Shown here piece after piece: positions 1 to 9,993 of a DNA stretch of 30,578 nt. The DNA is from Kofleriaceae bacterium (GTDB lineage: Bacteria > Myxococcota_A > Polyangia > Haliangiales > Haliangiaceae). Both the position numbers and the translations under genes were made by a program. The stretch spans positions 1 to 30,578 of the forward strand of contig CBDCCZ010000015.1 in assembly GCA_965215005.1 (NCBI GenBank). Direction: 5' to 3'. The notes below the pieces were generated by a model. The model did not search any database and was not told the DNA's origin. It saw only the letters and a program-made list of their open reading frames with translations. How positions within the stretch are numbered: the stretch's first letter is position 1; each line of letters starts with the position of its first letter.

Positions 1-879
1 TTGTGGGTTGGCTCCACCGAGTTTCGCACCGATATCACGTACTCGCAGAACATCATCAAAGGGCTCACCGACTGGTATCGCAAGTTCCGCAACACCTGCC
101 GCTACATGCTCGGCAATCTGCACGATTTTCGGCCCGACGAGCATCCCCTCGAGGCTCTCGCGCTGAGCGACCTCGATCGCTACGCATTGGCGCGTGTGGG
201 CGATTTGGTGGCGCGGGTGCGGCGCGGGTACGACGACTTCGAGCTGCACGTGGTGCATCGCAGCTTGGTCGACTACGTCACGGTGGAGCTTTCGGCGCTG
301 TACCTCGACGTGGTCAAAGATCGGCTGTATTCGGACGCCGCCGACTCGCCGTCGCGCCGCGCCGCGCAGGCGGTGGTCTACAATATCCTGCGGGCGCTGG
401 CGACGTTGTCGGCACCTATCATGTGTTTCACCGCGGAAGACATTTGGCAGCACATGCCGCGGCGCAAGGACGATCCCGAGTCGGTGCACCTGGTGCTGCT
501 ACCCGAGGGCAAGCCGCTCGCGGAAGACGGCGACCTGGCGCGCGCATGGACGCGGCTCCTGGAATACCGCGAGCTGGTCACCAAAGAGCTCGAGGGCTTT
601 CGCGCGCAAAAGCACAAGTCGGTGGATGCGCGGGTAACCATTCATCCCGCGGCGGGCGATCGCGAGCTGCTCGCGCCGCGGCTGGCGGAGCTCGGTGATT
701 TCTTCATCGTGAGCGACGTCGTGCTTGGCAGCGACGCTGACGCGGAGCCGCAGGTGCGGGTAGAAGCGCATCCCGGCGCTCGGTGCCTGCGCTGCTGGAA
801 GTTTTATGATTCGCTTTCGGCGCAAAATGCCGAGGTCTGTGCACGCTGCGCCGACGCGGTGGCCACTCTAGAACGCTAG
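1..879 (+). CDS. ileS: Isoleucyl-tRNA synthetase, C-terminal part (5' truncated by window)
   Basis: YRKFRNTCRYMLGNL and LSALYLDVVKDRLY anticodon-binding motifs; C-terminal zinc finger CLRCW...CARC; directly upstream of lspA. Confidence 0.97.
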   Translation: MWVGSTEFRTDITYSQNIIKGLTDWYRKFRNTCRYMLGNLHDFRPDEHPLEALALSDLDRYALARVGDLVARVRRGYDDFELHVVHRSLVDYVTVELSALYLDVVKDRLYSDAADSPSRRAAQAVVYNILRALATLSAPIMCFTAEDIWQHMPRRKDDPESVHLVLLPEGKPLAEDGDLARAWTRLLEYRELVTKELEGFRAQKHKSVDARVTIHPAAGDRELLAPRLAELGDFFIVSDVVLGSDADAEPQVRVEAHPGARCLRCWKFYDSLSAQNAEVCARCADAVATLER

Positions 880-899
880 GCTCGAGAGCCGAGGCCCAT

Positions 900-1433
900 A
901 TGTCCCGTCGCTGGAAACTCTTCATCGTTGTCGGCATCGTTACTCTGCTCGCCGACCAGCTCACCAAGATCTGGGCGCGCGCGAGCTTGCCCGTGCACCC
1001 AGGTGGTCGCGGCATCTCGCAAGAGGTCATCGACGGGTTTTGGGCGTGGCGCTTGTCCCACAATCCCGGCTCGGCGTTCGGTCTCTTCGGCACCACCTCG
1101 GGTGCGCGTGTCTTCCTGAGTGTGATTGGCGTGATTGCCGTCCTCGCGATCCTGTGGATGGTGCGGAAAGCTCAAAATGACCAGACGCGGCTCATTTGGG
1201 CCTTGGGTTTGGTCGCCGGCGGCGCCGTGGGCAATCTCATCGATCGGATTTACTTTGGCGTCGTGACGGACTTCGTGGTCTGGAAGTACGACACGCACGA
1301 GTGGCCTACGTTCAACGTCGCCGATGTTGCGCTGGTGATCGGCGTCGGGCTGTTGTTCCTCGACATTGGCAAAGAAGCCAAGCACGACAGCGCTCGAGAT
1401 GAGCTCAGCGGCAAGTCGCGCAAACGCTCGTGA
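900..1433 (+). CDS. lspA: Lipoprotein signal peptidase II
   Basis: DQLTK, NPGSAFG, GNLIDR, VTDF and FNVAD motifs; hydrophobic segments; classic ileS-lspA linkage. Confidence 0.97.
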   Translation: MSRRWKLFIVVGIVTLLADQLTKIWARASLPVHPGGRGISQEVIDGFWAWRLSHNPGSAFGLFGTTSGARVFLSVIGVIAVLAILWMVRKAQNDQTRLIWALGLVAGGAVGNLIDRIYFGVVTDFVVWKYDTHEWPTFNVADVALVIGVGLLFLDIGKEAKHDSARDELSGKSRKRS

Positions 1434-1443
1434 TTGAGCGGGC

Positions 1444-3081
1444 TCAGCCGTGAAACAGCACGTGCGCGCGTGGCCAAATCAACGCGTCCAGCGCGGCGAT
1501 GGTGCGCGAGACCGGTTCGAGGTCGAGCTGCATGCCGTGCTCTTCGAGCTGCGGACCGATTTTGTATTCGATCTGCCGTAGGCGTCGATAGGTGCTGCGA
1601 TACGCCTGCGTGACGATGGCGTCGAAGTTGGCGGTTGACACCGGGTTCGACGACATCAACCGTCGCATGCGGTTGGACGGCAGGAACGCGAACGACGTGA
1701 CCTGGGGATTTTGCCGAAGGAACGCCTCGGAGACCTGCTCGAAACGGGTATAGGCGACGGTCTTGTAATCCTGAACGACCACCCATGCGGCGCTATGAGC
1801 GAAGTTGAAACCCGGCGTCTCGGAGATGAGCGGCAAGAACGGGTCGATGACGAACACCAGGTTTGCGCCTTTTTCGACTGCTGCGATGACGTTGCTGGTG
1901 CGCGTTACGAAGCCGTCGGTGTAGTAACGGCCGTCGATCTCGACGCTGCGAAAGAACGGGTGGATGGCAGAGCTGGCCTGAACCGCTTTGCTGATGGGAA
2001 CGTGCTCTTGCCCTGGGTCGCCAAACAGCACGTGCTCGCGCAAATCTTGATCCGTGGCGCCGATGTAGAGCTTGCGCTTGAGCTTGGAGAACTCGTTGGT
2101 GTGGCCAGGACGGGCGAGGATTTCCGCGAGGTGCCGCTCGAAGCGATGGCCGCTGAAGAATGGACCGGCCAGAGCGGCGAGCTGCGAGGCCATGCTGGCG
2201 ACATTGAACCGCTCCTGCCGCTCGAGCACGCGGCCCAGGTAGGACTTGACGTGTTTTGCGGCGGCGACGGCGCGGGTTGGCAAGTCGCCCACGGTGAGAT
2301 GCCGGAGACGGACCTCGACGTCGAAGTCGGGGCCGCTGCGCTCGGAGAAGTTATCGATCAGCTCGTCGATGGAGAAGCCGTTGGCGATGAGGGCGGTGAC
2401 GATCGCGCCGGCGCTGATGCCGAAGTACATGTCAAAGTCGCGGATGTCGAAGTTGGCGAGCGCGTCGTGAAGACACTTGAGGACGCCAAGCTCATAGAAG
2501 ATGCCGGTGATGCCGCCCCCGGCGCAGCACAAGGCTTTACGGCTGGATTTGCGGTCGACGAGCTGGGAACGGCAGTGCAGCCACAGCTGGTCGATGAACC
2601 TGGCCCGAGCGGCCGGCGCGCTGTCGGCCAACCGAGGTGACAGCGACAAATCGCGCAAGCACGCCCCGACGTGTCGTTGACCGAGCGCGAAGATCAGCCG
2701 GTCGGCGCGCTCTTCCTCCGAGTCGCCCACCAGCACCGCGACCCGGCTGCTCGGATAGCGATGGGCGCGATCGCGCGGCGCCTGCAGTGCGTCGATGAGG
2801 TCGAAGACTTGCCGCTCTTGGCGCTCTGCATCCGAGGACGACATGCCGGGAACGTGGCGACAGTCGGCGATGACCTGGTGGTAGTAGCGGATGCGCGTCT
2901 CTTGCGCCGCTCGCTGCGGGTCGTCCATGACGTGAACTTGCAGGTCGAGACCGCGCCCCCACCAGCGCGCGCCCGCACCGCTGGCGTGACTCTCGAGCCA
3001 CGGAATGTCGGCGAGCGAGTCCTGCAGCTCGGTGAAGGTGCGCGCAACCGGTGCAACGTAGAGGACAGACTTACCGGCCAT
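1444..3081 (-). CDS. Patatin-like phospholipase with N-terminal receiver-like domain
   Basis: GGGITG oxyanion motif, GISAG nucleophile and DGF catalytic Asp; ~180-aa N-terminal extension. Confidence 0.88.
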   Translation of the reverse strand: MAGKSVLYVAPVARTFTELQDSLADIPWLESHASGAGARWWGRGLDLQVHVMDDPQRAAQETRIRYYHQVIADCRHVPGMSSSDAERQERQVFDLIDALQAPRDRAHRYPSSRVAVLVGDSEEERADRLIFALGQRHVGACLRDLSLSPRLADSAPAARARFIDQLWLHCRSQLVDRKSSRKALCCAGGGITGIFYELGVLKCLHDALANFDIRDFDMYFGISAGAIVTALIANGFSIDELIDNFSERSGPDFDVEVRLRHLTVGDLPTRAVAAAKHVKSYLGRVLERQERFNVASMASQLAALAGPFFSGHRFERHLAEILARPGHTNEFSKLKRKLYIGATDQDLREHVLFGDPGQEHVPISKAVQASSAIHPFFRSVEIDGRYYTDGFVTRTSNVIAAVEKGANLVFVIDPFLPLISETPGFNFAHSAAWVVVQDYKTVAYTRFEQVSEAFLRQNPQVTSFAFLPSNRMRRLMSSNPVSTANFDAIVTQAYRSTYRRLRQIEYKIGPQLEEHGMQLDLEPVSRTIAALDALIWPRAHVLFHG

Positions 3082-3168
3082 CGAGTGCCGATGATACGGC
3101 TTGAAGCTGCCTCGCTCACCTTTCGAGCGCGTGGTATCCGTGGCCCGGCCGTGTTACGCCTGCTGGCG

Positions 3169-3510
3169 ATGGGACGTTTCGTTTGCCTCTCGGCGTTGAT
3201 GTTGGCGCTCTTTACGGGCGCGTTGGGCTGCAACCGCCCGCCTATGGCCGATTGTCAGAAGGTGTGTTGGCACGTCTTCGAGCTGGGATTTTGGGAGCGC
3301 GCCAATCTCGAAATCGCCAAGGCTCCGCGGACCGAGCGGGAGGCACTGCGCGACAGGAAGACCGCCGAGCTCGCCGAGCTGCACGCCAACCGGGACCTAC
3401 CGCATCCGCAGATTTGCGCTGAGAACTGCACTGAGCGGGGCTCAAAAGAGCAGGTTGCCTGTCAGCTGGCAGCCACGACCTTTGCCGAGGCCAAAGACTG
3501 CCAGGAATGA
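3169..3510 (+). CDS. Small Cys-rich putative lipoprotein
   Basis: ATG at 3169 within ORF 2671..3510; signal peptide MGRFVCLSALMLALFTGALG-C with lipobox; six further Cys (CxxxC pairs). Confidence 0.7.
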   Translation: MGRFVCLSALMLALFTGALGCNRPPMADCQKVCWHVFELGFWERANLEIAKAPRTEREALRDRKTAELAELHANRDLPHPQICAENCTERGSKEQVACQLAATTFAEAKDCQE

Positions 3511-3594
3511 CGCGGTAGCCTGCGACGACTCGGGCGGCCGCCGCATCGGGTATCCTGCCGCGCGCCGACGGCAGGTCGGCTGCAAGGAGGCGGC

Positions 3595-4788
3595 TTGGAC
3601 ATCGTTTATCATTTTCGCGTGCGCGGCCAAGGGGCCGAGGCAGTTCACATTGCCGGCATCGCCGATGGCTTCGAAGCGAAGGGGCATCGGGTGCATTTCG
3701 TGTCGCCCACCGGCACCGATCCGCGCGTCACGGTGCGCGAGCGCAGCCAGCCCGAGGAGGCAAAGCCGCCTTCCACCGCCGCGCGAATGCTCCATGGCCT
3801 GGCCGATAAGCTCCCGCAGCTCGGTTTCGAAGCCATGGAGGTGGCCTACAACGGGTTTGCAGGACCGCGCCTCTATCAGTTGGTGCAGCGCACCGGCGCG
3901 GGACTCATCTTCGAGCGCTATGCGTTCTTCAATGCCGCCGGAGCCGCGGTGGCGGCGCGCGCGCGGATTCCTCTCGTGGTCGAGGTCAATGAGCTCGCAG
4001 GGTTCGAGCGCGTGCGCGATCAGCGGTTGGTGCCGCTGGCGCGACGCATCGAGCGCTTCGTGTTGCGCCGCGCTTCACTGATCATCACGGTTTCAGACTT
4101 TCTGCGCGAGCGGGTCGACGAGGTGGTCGAGGGGCAGGTGCCGACGTTGACGGTGCCCAATGGGGTTGGCCGACATTGGCTCGAGCACGTGCCGGATCCA
4201 GCGCGGGTGCGCGAGCTGCGACAGCGGCATGGGCTCGACGATCGGCCGGTGGTGGTGTTTGTGGGGGCGTTGGTTCCGTGGCACGATTTCCCGCGACTCA
4301 TCGAGGCGCTGGCAATTGCCCGCCGGCAGGTGCCGGGCGCGACGCTGATGGTGCTGGGCGATGGCGTCGAGCGCGAGGGAATCGCGGCGCTCGCCCGTGC
4401 GCAGGGCATCGCCGATGGTGTGCGGCTCATCGGTCGCGTTCCTCATGTCGAGGTTCCCGACTATCTCGCCGCCGCCAACGTCGCCGTGATTCCAGAGACC
4501 AACGACTATCGCTCGCCGATCAAACTGTTCGAATACATGGCGATGGGGCTGCCGGTGGTCGCGCCGGCGATGCCGCCGATCGCCGTGGCCATCGACGACG
4601 GCGTCCACGGCATCTTGTGTGACCGCGACGCCGCGTCTTTGGGTCGCGGCATGAGCCGCCTATTGGGCGATGCGGAGCTGGCGCGCCGCATGGGCGAAGC
4701 TGCGCGGCAGCGCGCGCTGCGAGAGTTCACCTACGAAGCCCACGCCGCCGATATTCTCGCGCACGTTCCAGGGCTCGCCGCCTCCTGA
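3595..4788 (+). CDS. Glycosyltransferase family 4 (GT-B)
   Basis: VPNGV, VFVGAL and SPIKLFEYMAMGLPVV motifs; TTG start preceded by AAGGAGG (3584-3590). Confidence 0.92.
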   Translation: MDIVYHFRVRGQGAEAVHIAGIADGFEAKGHRVHFVSPTGTDPRVTVRERSQPEEAKPPSTAARMLHGLADKLPQLGFEAMEVAYNGFAGPRLYQLVQRTGAGLIFERYAFFNAAGAAVAARARIPLVVEVNELAGFERVRDQRLVPLARRIERFVLRRASLIITVSDFLRERVDEVVEGQVPTLTVPNGVGRHWLEHVPDPARVRELRQRHGLDDRPVVVFVGALVPWHDFPRLIEALAIARRQVPGATLMVLGDGVEREGIAALARAQGIADGVRLIGRVPHVEVPDYLAAANVAVIPETNDYRSPIKLFEYMAMGLPVVAPAMPPIAVAIDDGVHGILCDRDAASLGRGMSRLLGDAELARRMGEAARQRALREFTYEAHAADILAHVPGLAAS

Positions 4789-4797
4789 CGAGTTGCC

Positions 4798-6336
4798 TTA
4801 CAGCACCAAGTCGAGCCACACCAGTCGGTGGTCGCTGGCCTCGATGAGGGCGGCGGTTGGCTCGGCGGCGAGGGGCCAAAACACGCCGGCGTCGACCGGC
4901 CGCAGACCGACGGAGGGGAGCACGTAGTCGACTCGTAGATTGCCGGGGCCGCCGAAGTCGGCTGTGTCGAGGGCGGGGTCGCCGAGGTGCTCGTCGTTGA
5001 CGCCGCCTTCGACGATGGCGTCTTCGACGGCGCCGGCGGAGGTTGGCGGTAATTGCGCGTTGATCCAGCGATTGCCGACCAGCTGCTCGACCGGGGCATC
5101 GGTGCTGTCGCCATCGAAGGGATCGGCGTTCATATCGCCCATAATTACGAACGCGGCGCCGGGCGGAAGACCTCCGGTCATGCCGGCGTCGTCGTAGATA
5201 TAGCCGCCGGCGCCGGGGCTGACGTAATCGGCAAGCAGCCGAATCTCATCGGCGTTGCGCAGGCCGTTGCGATCCTCGGGGCCGTCGAACACCGGGGGAG
5301 TTGGATGCGATACCAACGCGTGGATGGTGTGCCCGTCGATGTGGACCGGCACGTCCCAATGGCTCTTGGATGAGAGCCGCAGCACGGCGCGCTCCTCTGC
5401 GGTGTAGAAGTCATTTGGTGCCTCTGTAGTCGCATCGTCGGGGAGTCGAGCGCCCGGCATATCGACCCACAAAAAGTTTTGGAACGTGCGCACGTCCGCT
5501 GTGGCAATCGGGTAGCGCGAGAGCAGCAGCATGCCGTATTGGCCGGGAAACGCGCCAAAGCCGAAAGCATCACCGGCTTGTCCGAGCTCGCCGTTGTTGT
5601 CGAGGTCCAGCCCGGAGTCGATGCCGGTGTTGGACGGCGCGACGAAAACGTACGGATAGTCGATGGGCTCGGCGCCGTTCTGCGCCACTGACAGGAAGTT
5701 ATCCCGAAGCAGCTGTGCGGGCTGCTCCGGCGCGGCCGCGTAGTAGTCGAACTCGTTGATGAGCAACACATCCGGACGCGTGCGCTGAATGATTTCAGCG
5801 ACAGCGCGGGCGCGCTCGAAGCTGGCATCGGCCAGCGCGGTTGCGATCTCGCCCTCGGCAGAGAAGTTGAGACTCGCGTTGTAGGTTGCAAAGCGCGCCA
5901 AGCTCGCTTGGCTACTCGTGTCTTGGCACACGAACGCGGTGTCGGTGACCTCGTCGACCTCGAGCTCACCGTTGCCGTTGCTGTCGACACCCACGCGAAT
6001 CGCCGTGCCGCCAAATGCGCAGTTATCGCCCACCGGCTCGGAGGTGACGTCCACGAGTGTGACGCGGCTATCGGCCGGCTCGCCATCGCTGCCGTTGTTG
6101 CCATTGGCGCCATCTTGGCCAGAGGCGCCGTCACACACGTAAAAGGTGGAGTCGGCTTCGCTCGCGTCGAGGACGCCGCTGCCGTCATCGTCGATGCCGG
6201 TTGTCACGCGGGTGCCGCCGGCATCGCAGTTGTCCCCGGCCGGTTCCGTGGCGGTAGAGATCATCGCGATCGCGCCGTCATCGCCGTCGCCGCAGGCAGC
6301 AGCAAGCACACAACCAATCAAGATCCATCGTCTCAT
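4798..6336 (-). CDS. Lipoprotein of the endonuclease/exonuclease/phosphatase family with N-terminal Cys/Asp-rich repeats
   Basis: ATG at 6336 with GGAGGTG RBS; lipobox LAAAC; EEP motifs ATYNA, LINEFD, SHPTPP, GDMNAD, RVDYVL, SDH. Confidence 0.88.
   Translation of the reverse strand: MRRWILIGCVLAAACGDGDDGAIAMISTATEPAGDNCDAGGTRVTTGIDDDGSGVLDASEADSTFYVCDGASGQDGANGNNGSDGEPADSRVTLVDVTSEPVGDNCAFGGTAIRVGVDSNGNGELEVDEVTDTAFVCQDTSSQASLARFATYNASLNFSAEGEIATALADASFERARAVAEIIQRTRPDVLLINEFDYYAAAPEQPAQLLRDNFLSVAQNGAEPIDYPYVFVAPSNTGIDSGLDLDNNGELGQAGDAFGFGAFPGQYGMLLLSRYPIATADVRTFQNFLWVDMPGARLPDDATTEAPNDFYTAEERAVLRLSSKSHWDVPVHIDGHTIHALVSHPTPPVFDGPEDRNGLRNADEIRLLADYVSPGAGGYIYDDAGMTGGLPPGAAFVIMGDMNADPFDGDSTDAPVEQLVGNRWINAQLPPTSAGAVEDAIVEGGVNDEHLGDPALDTADFGGPGNLRVDYVLPSVGLRPVDAGVFWPLAAEPTAALIEASDHRLVWLDLVL
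5926..6246 (-). repeat. Two 38-aa internal protein repeats (6133-6246 and 5926-6039) flanking a short Gly-X-X linker
   Basis: EPAGDNCDAGGTRVTTGIDDDGSGVLDASE..FYVC versus EPVGDNCAFGGTAIRVGVDSNGNGELEVDE..AFVC. Confidence 0.85.
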
Positions 6337-6447
6337 CGTGCACCTCCGAAAAAGTTCCCTCTGATAGCAGAGCCCTCGCGGCAAGCTGCCGCGCTGCGGA
6401 GGCAGCGACGTGACATCGTCGCGGCGCGGTTGCACCGATAGGCGCGC

Positions 6448-6484
6448 CGAAAACCGCAACGCCCGCCAAGAAGGGCGGGCGTTG
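6448..6484 (-). terminator. Rho-independent terminator of groESL
   Basis: 11-bp stem CAACGCCCGCC / GGCGGGCGTTG (6457-6467 and 6474-6484) followed on the minus strand by CGGTTTT, 35 bp after the groEL stop. Confidence 0.75.
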
Positions 6485-6519
6485 GGTCGCTGAATTGCGG
6501 CGTAGTCCGCCGCAGCGGG

Positions 6520-8148
<1,629 letters not shown>

Positions 8149-8172
8149 GACGCTCGTTTCTTGTAGAGGCGG

Positions 8173-8463
8173 TTACTTGACGATGACGCCGAGGACTTCG
8201 TCCTCGCGCAGGATGAGGTGCTCGATGCCCTCGAGCTTGATCTCGGTGCCGCTGTACTTGCCGAACAGGATCCGGTCGCCAGCCTTGACGTCGAGCGCGA
8301 CGGTCTTGCCGTCTTCGAGGCGCTTGCCGCTGCCCACGGCGATGACCTCGCCCTCGAGCGGTCGCTCCTTCGCGGAATCGGGGATGATAATGCCCCCCTT
8401 GGTCTTCTCTTCTTCTTCGACCCGGCGCACGACCAGCCGATCTCCCAATGGGCGAACCTTCAT
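8173..8463 (-). CDS. groES: Co-chaperonin GroES
   Basis: [12 protein letters not shown]...[14 protein letters not shown]...KYSGTE; ATG at 8463 with GAGAGGG RBS. Confidence 0.98.
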   Translation of the reverse strand: MKVRPLGDRLVVRRVEEEEKTKGGIIIPDSAKERPLEGEVIAVGSGKRLEDGKTVALDVKAGDRILFGKYSGTEIKLEGIEHLILREDEVLGVIVK

Positions 8464-8524
8464 GGCATTCCCTCTCATTCGATGTGGTTGAGCTCGTGCC
8501 GAGCACGAGCGAAAGCGACGTTTG

Positions 8525-8551
8525 TTAGCACTCATGCTGCTCGAGTGCTAA
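8525..8551. promoter_or_regulatory. CIRCE element (HrcA operator)
   Basis: Exact TTAGCACTC-N9-GAGTGCTAA upstream of groES; the inverted repeat extends to 8523-8553. Confidence 0.97.
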
Positions 8552-8559
8552 CAGGCGGC

Positions 8560-8587
8560 ATCCTAATCCTCTTTGTGGAGCAGGCAA
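8560..8587 (-). promoter_or_regulatory. Putative housekeeping-sigma promoter of groESL
   Basis: TTGCCT-16 bp-TAGGAT immediately upstream of the CIRCE. Confidence 0.55.
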
Positions 8588-8721
8588 GGCGGCATCTTGC
8601 GGATTTCGCGAAAATCTCTTCATGAGCCGGAGTAGGTAAATGTGGGCTATCGAATTATACGGCCCCACACGCCGCGACAAGCCCCGTCACGCCACCGCAA
8701 CCAACCGGAAACACAAAGCTT

Positions 8722-8750
8722 CTTGAAATACTCCGGATCCGGCCGATGCT
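8722..8750 (+). promoter_or_regulatory. Putative promoter (RpoH-like or sigma70-like) giving a leaderless transcript for the 8757 gene
   Basis: CTTGAAA at 8722-8728, CCGATGCT at 8743-8750, ATG 6 nt later with no SD. Confidence 0.4.
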
Positions 8751-8756
8751 TGAAAC

Positions 8757-9320
8757 ATGGATGTCACCACCCACGCCTCGGTTGAAGAGTTCTTCCGCGA
8801 GGTGGTGCTCGAAGCGCTCCGCGAGAAGCAGATTGGCGCGGACGAGTTCACCGAGCACTACCTGGTTAGCCTGTTAGGAGCCTTCGCAAAGAGCCGCATT
8901 CCGGATGGGCCACTGAGCTTGCGGCTCGCTGCCGCGCAGGCGCCCGCCGAGCGCGTCAAGGCTCTCAAGGAGGTCGGCGATACCTCGCTGTACGTTGCCG
9001 GCTTTTTTGCCGATTCTCTCGACCGCAAGGTCGTCGACACCGACTTTTACATCCAGATGGGTGAAGCCGCTTACCGCGAGCTCGCTGCGCGTCTGGTGGT
9101 GGGCTCCTCCTCGGTCGCCCGGGTTTACGACCAGCTGGCGAGCAACTTTCCCCGCTTCGTCGACGTGCTCGCGGAGGTTCGCGCTCGCGTCGATCTTGCC
9201 GGCGCCGATGTCGGCAAGCTGTACCAGCAGTGGCTCAGCACCCGCGCCGATTGGATCGAGCGGCGGCTTCGGCGGCTCGGGGTCGTGGTTGGCGGCAGCG
9301 GCGGAGGCTATCTCCAGTAG
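8757..9320 (+). CDS. Hypothetical protein (helical, soluble)
   Basis: 187-aa ORF with protein-like composition and the block LKEVGDTSLYVAGFF...FYIQMGEAAY; stop overlaps the next start. Confidence 0.85.
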   Translation: MDVTTHASVEEFFREVVLEALREKQIGADEFTEHYLVSLLGAFAKSRIPDGPLSLRLAAAQAPAERVKALKEVGDTSLYVAGFFADSLDRKVVDTDFYIQMGEAAYRELAARLVVGSSSVARVYDQLASNFPRFVDVLAEVRARVDLAGADVGKLYQQWLSTRADWIERRLRRLGVVVGGSGGGYLQ

Positions 9321-9946
9321 TGCTCGAGCGATTGCAGCGCGGTCTCGAAGCGCTCTATCGGATCGACACCCGCGTGCGGGTCGGTGATTTCGTCATCGAT
9401 GCTGCCGCTCGCGAGCGGCTCGGCGTCGCTCGCGCGCCCCGCGAGCAACTCCTGCTCACGGAGGTCGATGGCGCCCTCGAGATCGGCCTCTTCATCGACG
9501 ACGACAGCCTCGATAACTTGCGACGCGACGACCCGTCGCGCGCGCTGCACGACGGCAACCTCGGCGATTTTCTGCTCGCGGTAGAGGGCGTGAGTCACTT
9601 TGTTTATTTGGTATGGAGGGCGAGCGCTGACAGACCGGTGTCGGCGCTGGAGCTCGAGCTCCAGGCCGAAGTTGATAAGTACGTCACCTGTCTATTGACC
9701 GGCGACTGCGCTGATCGGTCTCAGCAGCTTCGCCGGCGGCTATTTCATGACTTCGAGTATCTCGAGGATCTCGAGCCCCAGGAGCGCGCGCGTTACGAGG
9801 TCGCCAACGCCAACGCCAGTCGCTACAGCGAATCGCTCGAGCGTCGCTTCGTTGAGCGTCAGCGCATGGCCGACATGTTCGCCGAGCTGCGGCGCTTCTA
9901 CCGCATGTCGTTGGCGCAGAAGCTCGACTTCATCTCCGCCGCATGA
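9320..9946 (+). CDS. Hypothetical protein with degenerate zincin-like motif
   Basis: GTG at 9320 overlaps the upstream TAG; EGVSHF...ELELQAEVDKY. Confidence 0.82.
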   Translation: MLERLQRGLEALYRIDTRVRVGDFVIDAAARERLGVARAPREQLLLTEVDGALEIGLFIDDDSLDNLRRDDPSRALHDGNLGDFLLAVEGVSHFVYLVWRASADRPVSALELELQAEVDKYVTCLLTGDCADRSQQLRRRLFHDFEYLEDLEPQERARYEVANANASRYSESLERRFVERQRMADMFAELRRFYRMSLAQKLDFISAA

Positions 9947-9993
9947 CTCGCTCCGCATGCCGGCGATAGGCAAGCTGCATCGGGATGCCCAGG

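Noticed and set aside
900..1433. lspA as an antibiotic-resistance paralog
   Set aside because: It sits in the ordinary ileS-lspA context with no biosynthetic cluster nearby
1711..2640. Long antisense ORFs (also 6538..7449, 12493..13581, 15718..16623, 17652..18590, 25944..26867, 27573..28532)
   Set aside because: They lie opposite clearly identified genes, have no motifs, and are expected shadows of high-GC codon usage
3554..3580. Alternative hairpins (CCTGCCG/CGGCAGG versus GCCGAC/GTCGGC) before the GT4 RBS
   Set aside because: Short GC stems are expected by chance at this composition, and neither sequesters the SD
6337..6459. Extended N-terminus of the EEP ORF in the supplied track
   Set aside because: It overlaps the groEL terminator; ATG 6336 has an RBS and begins the signal peptide
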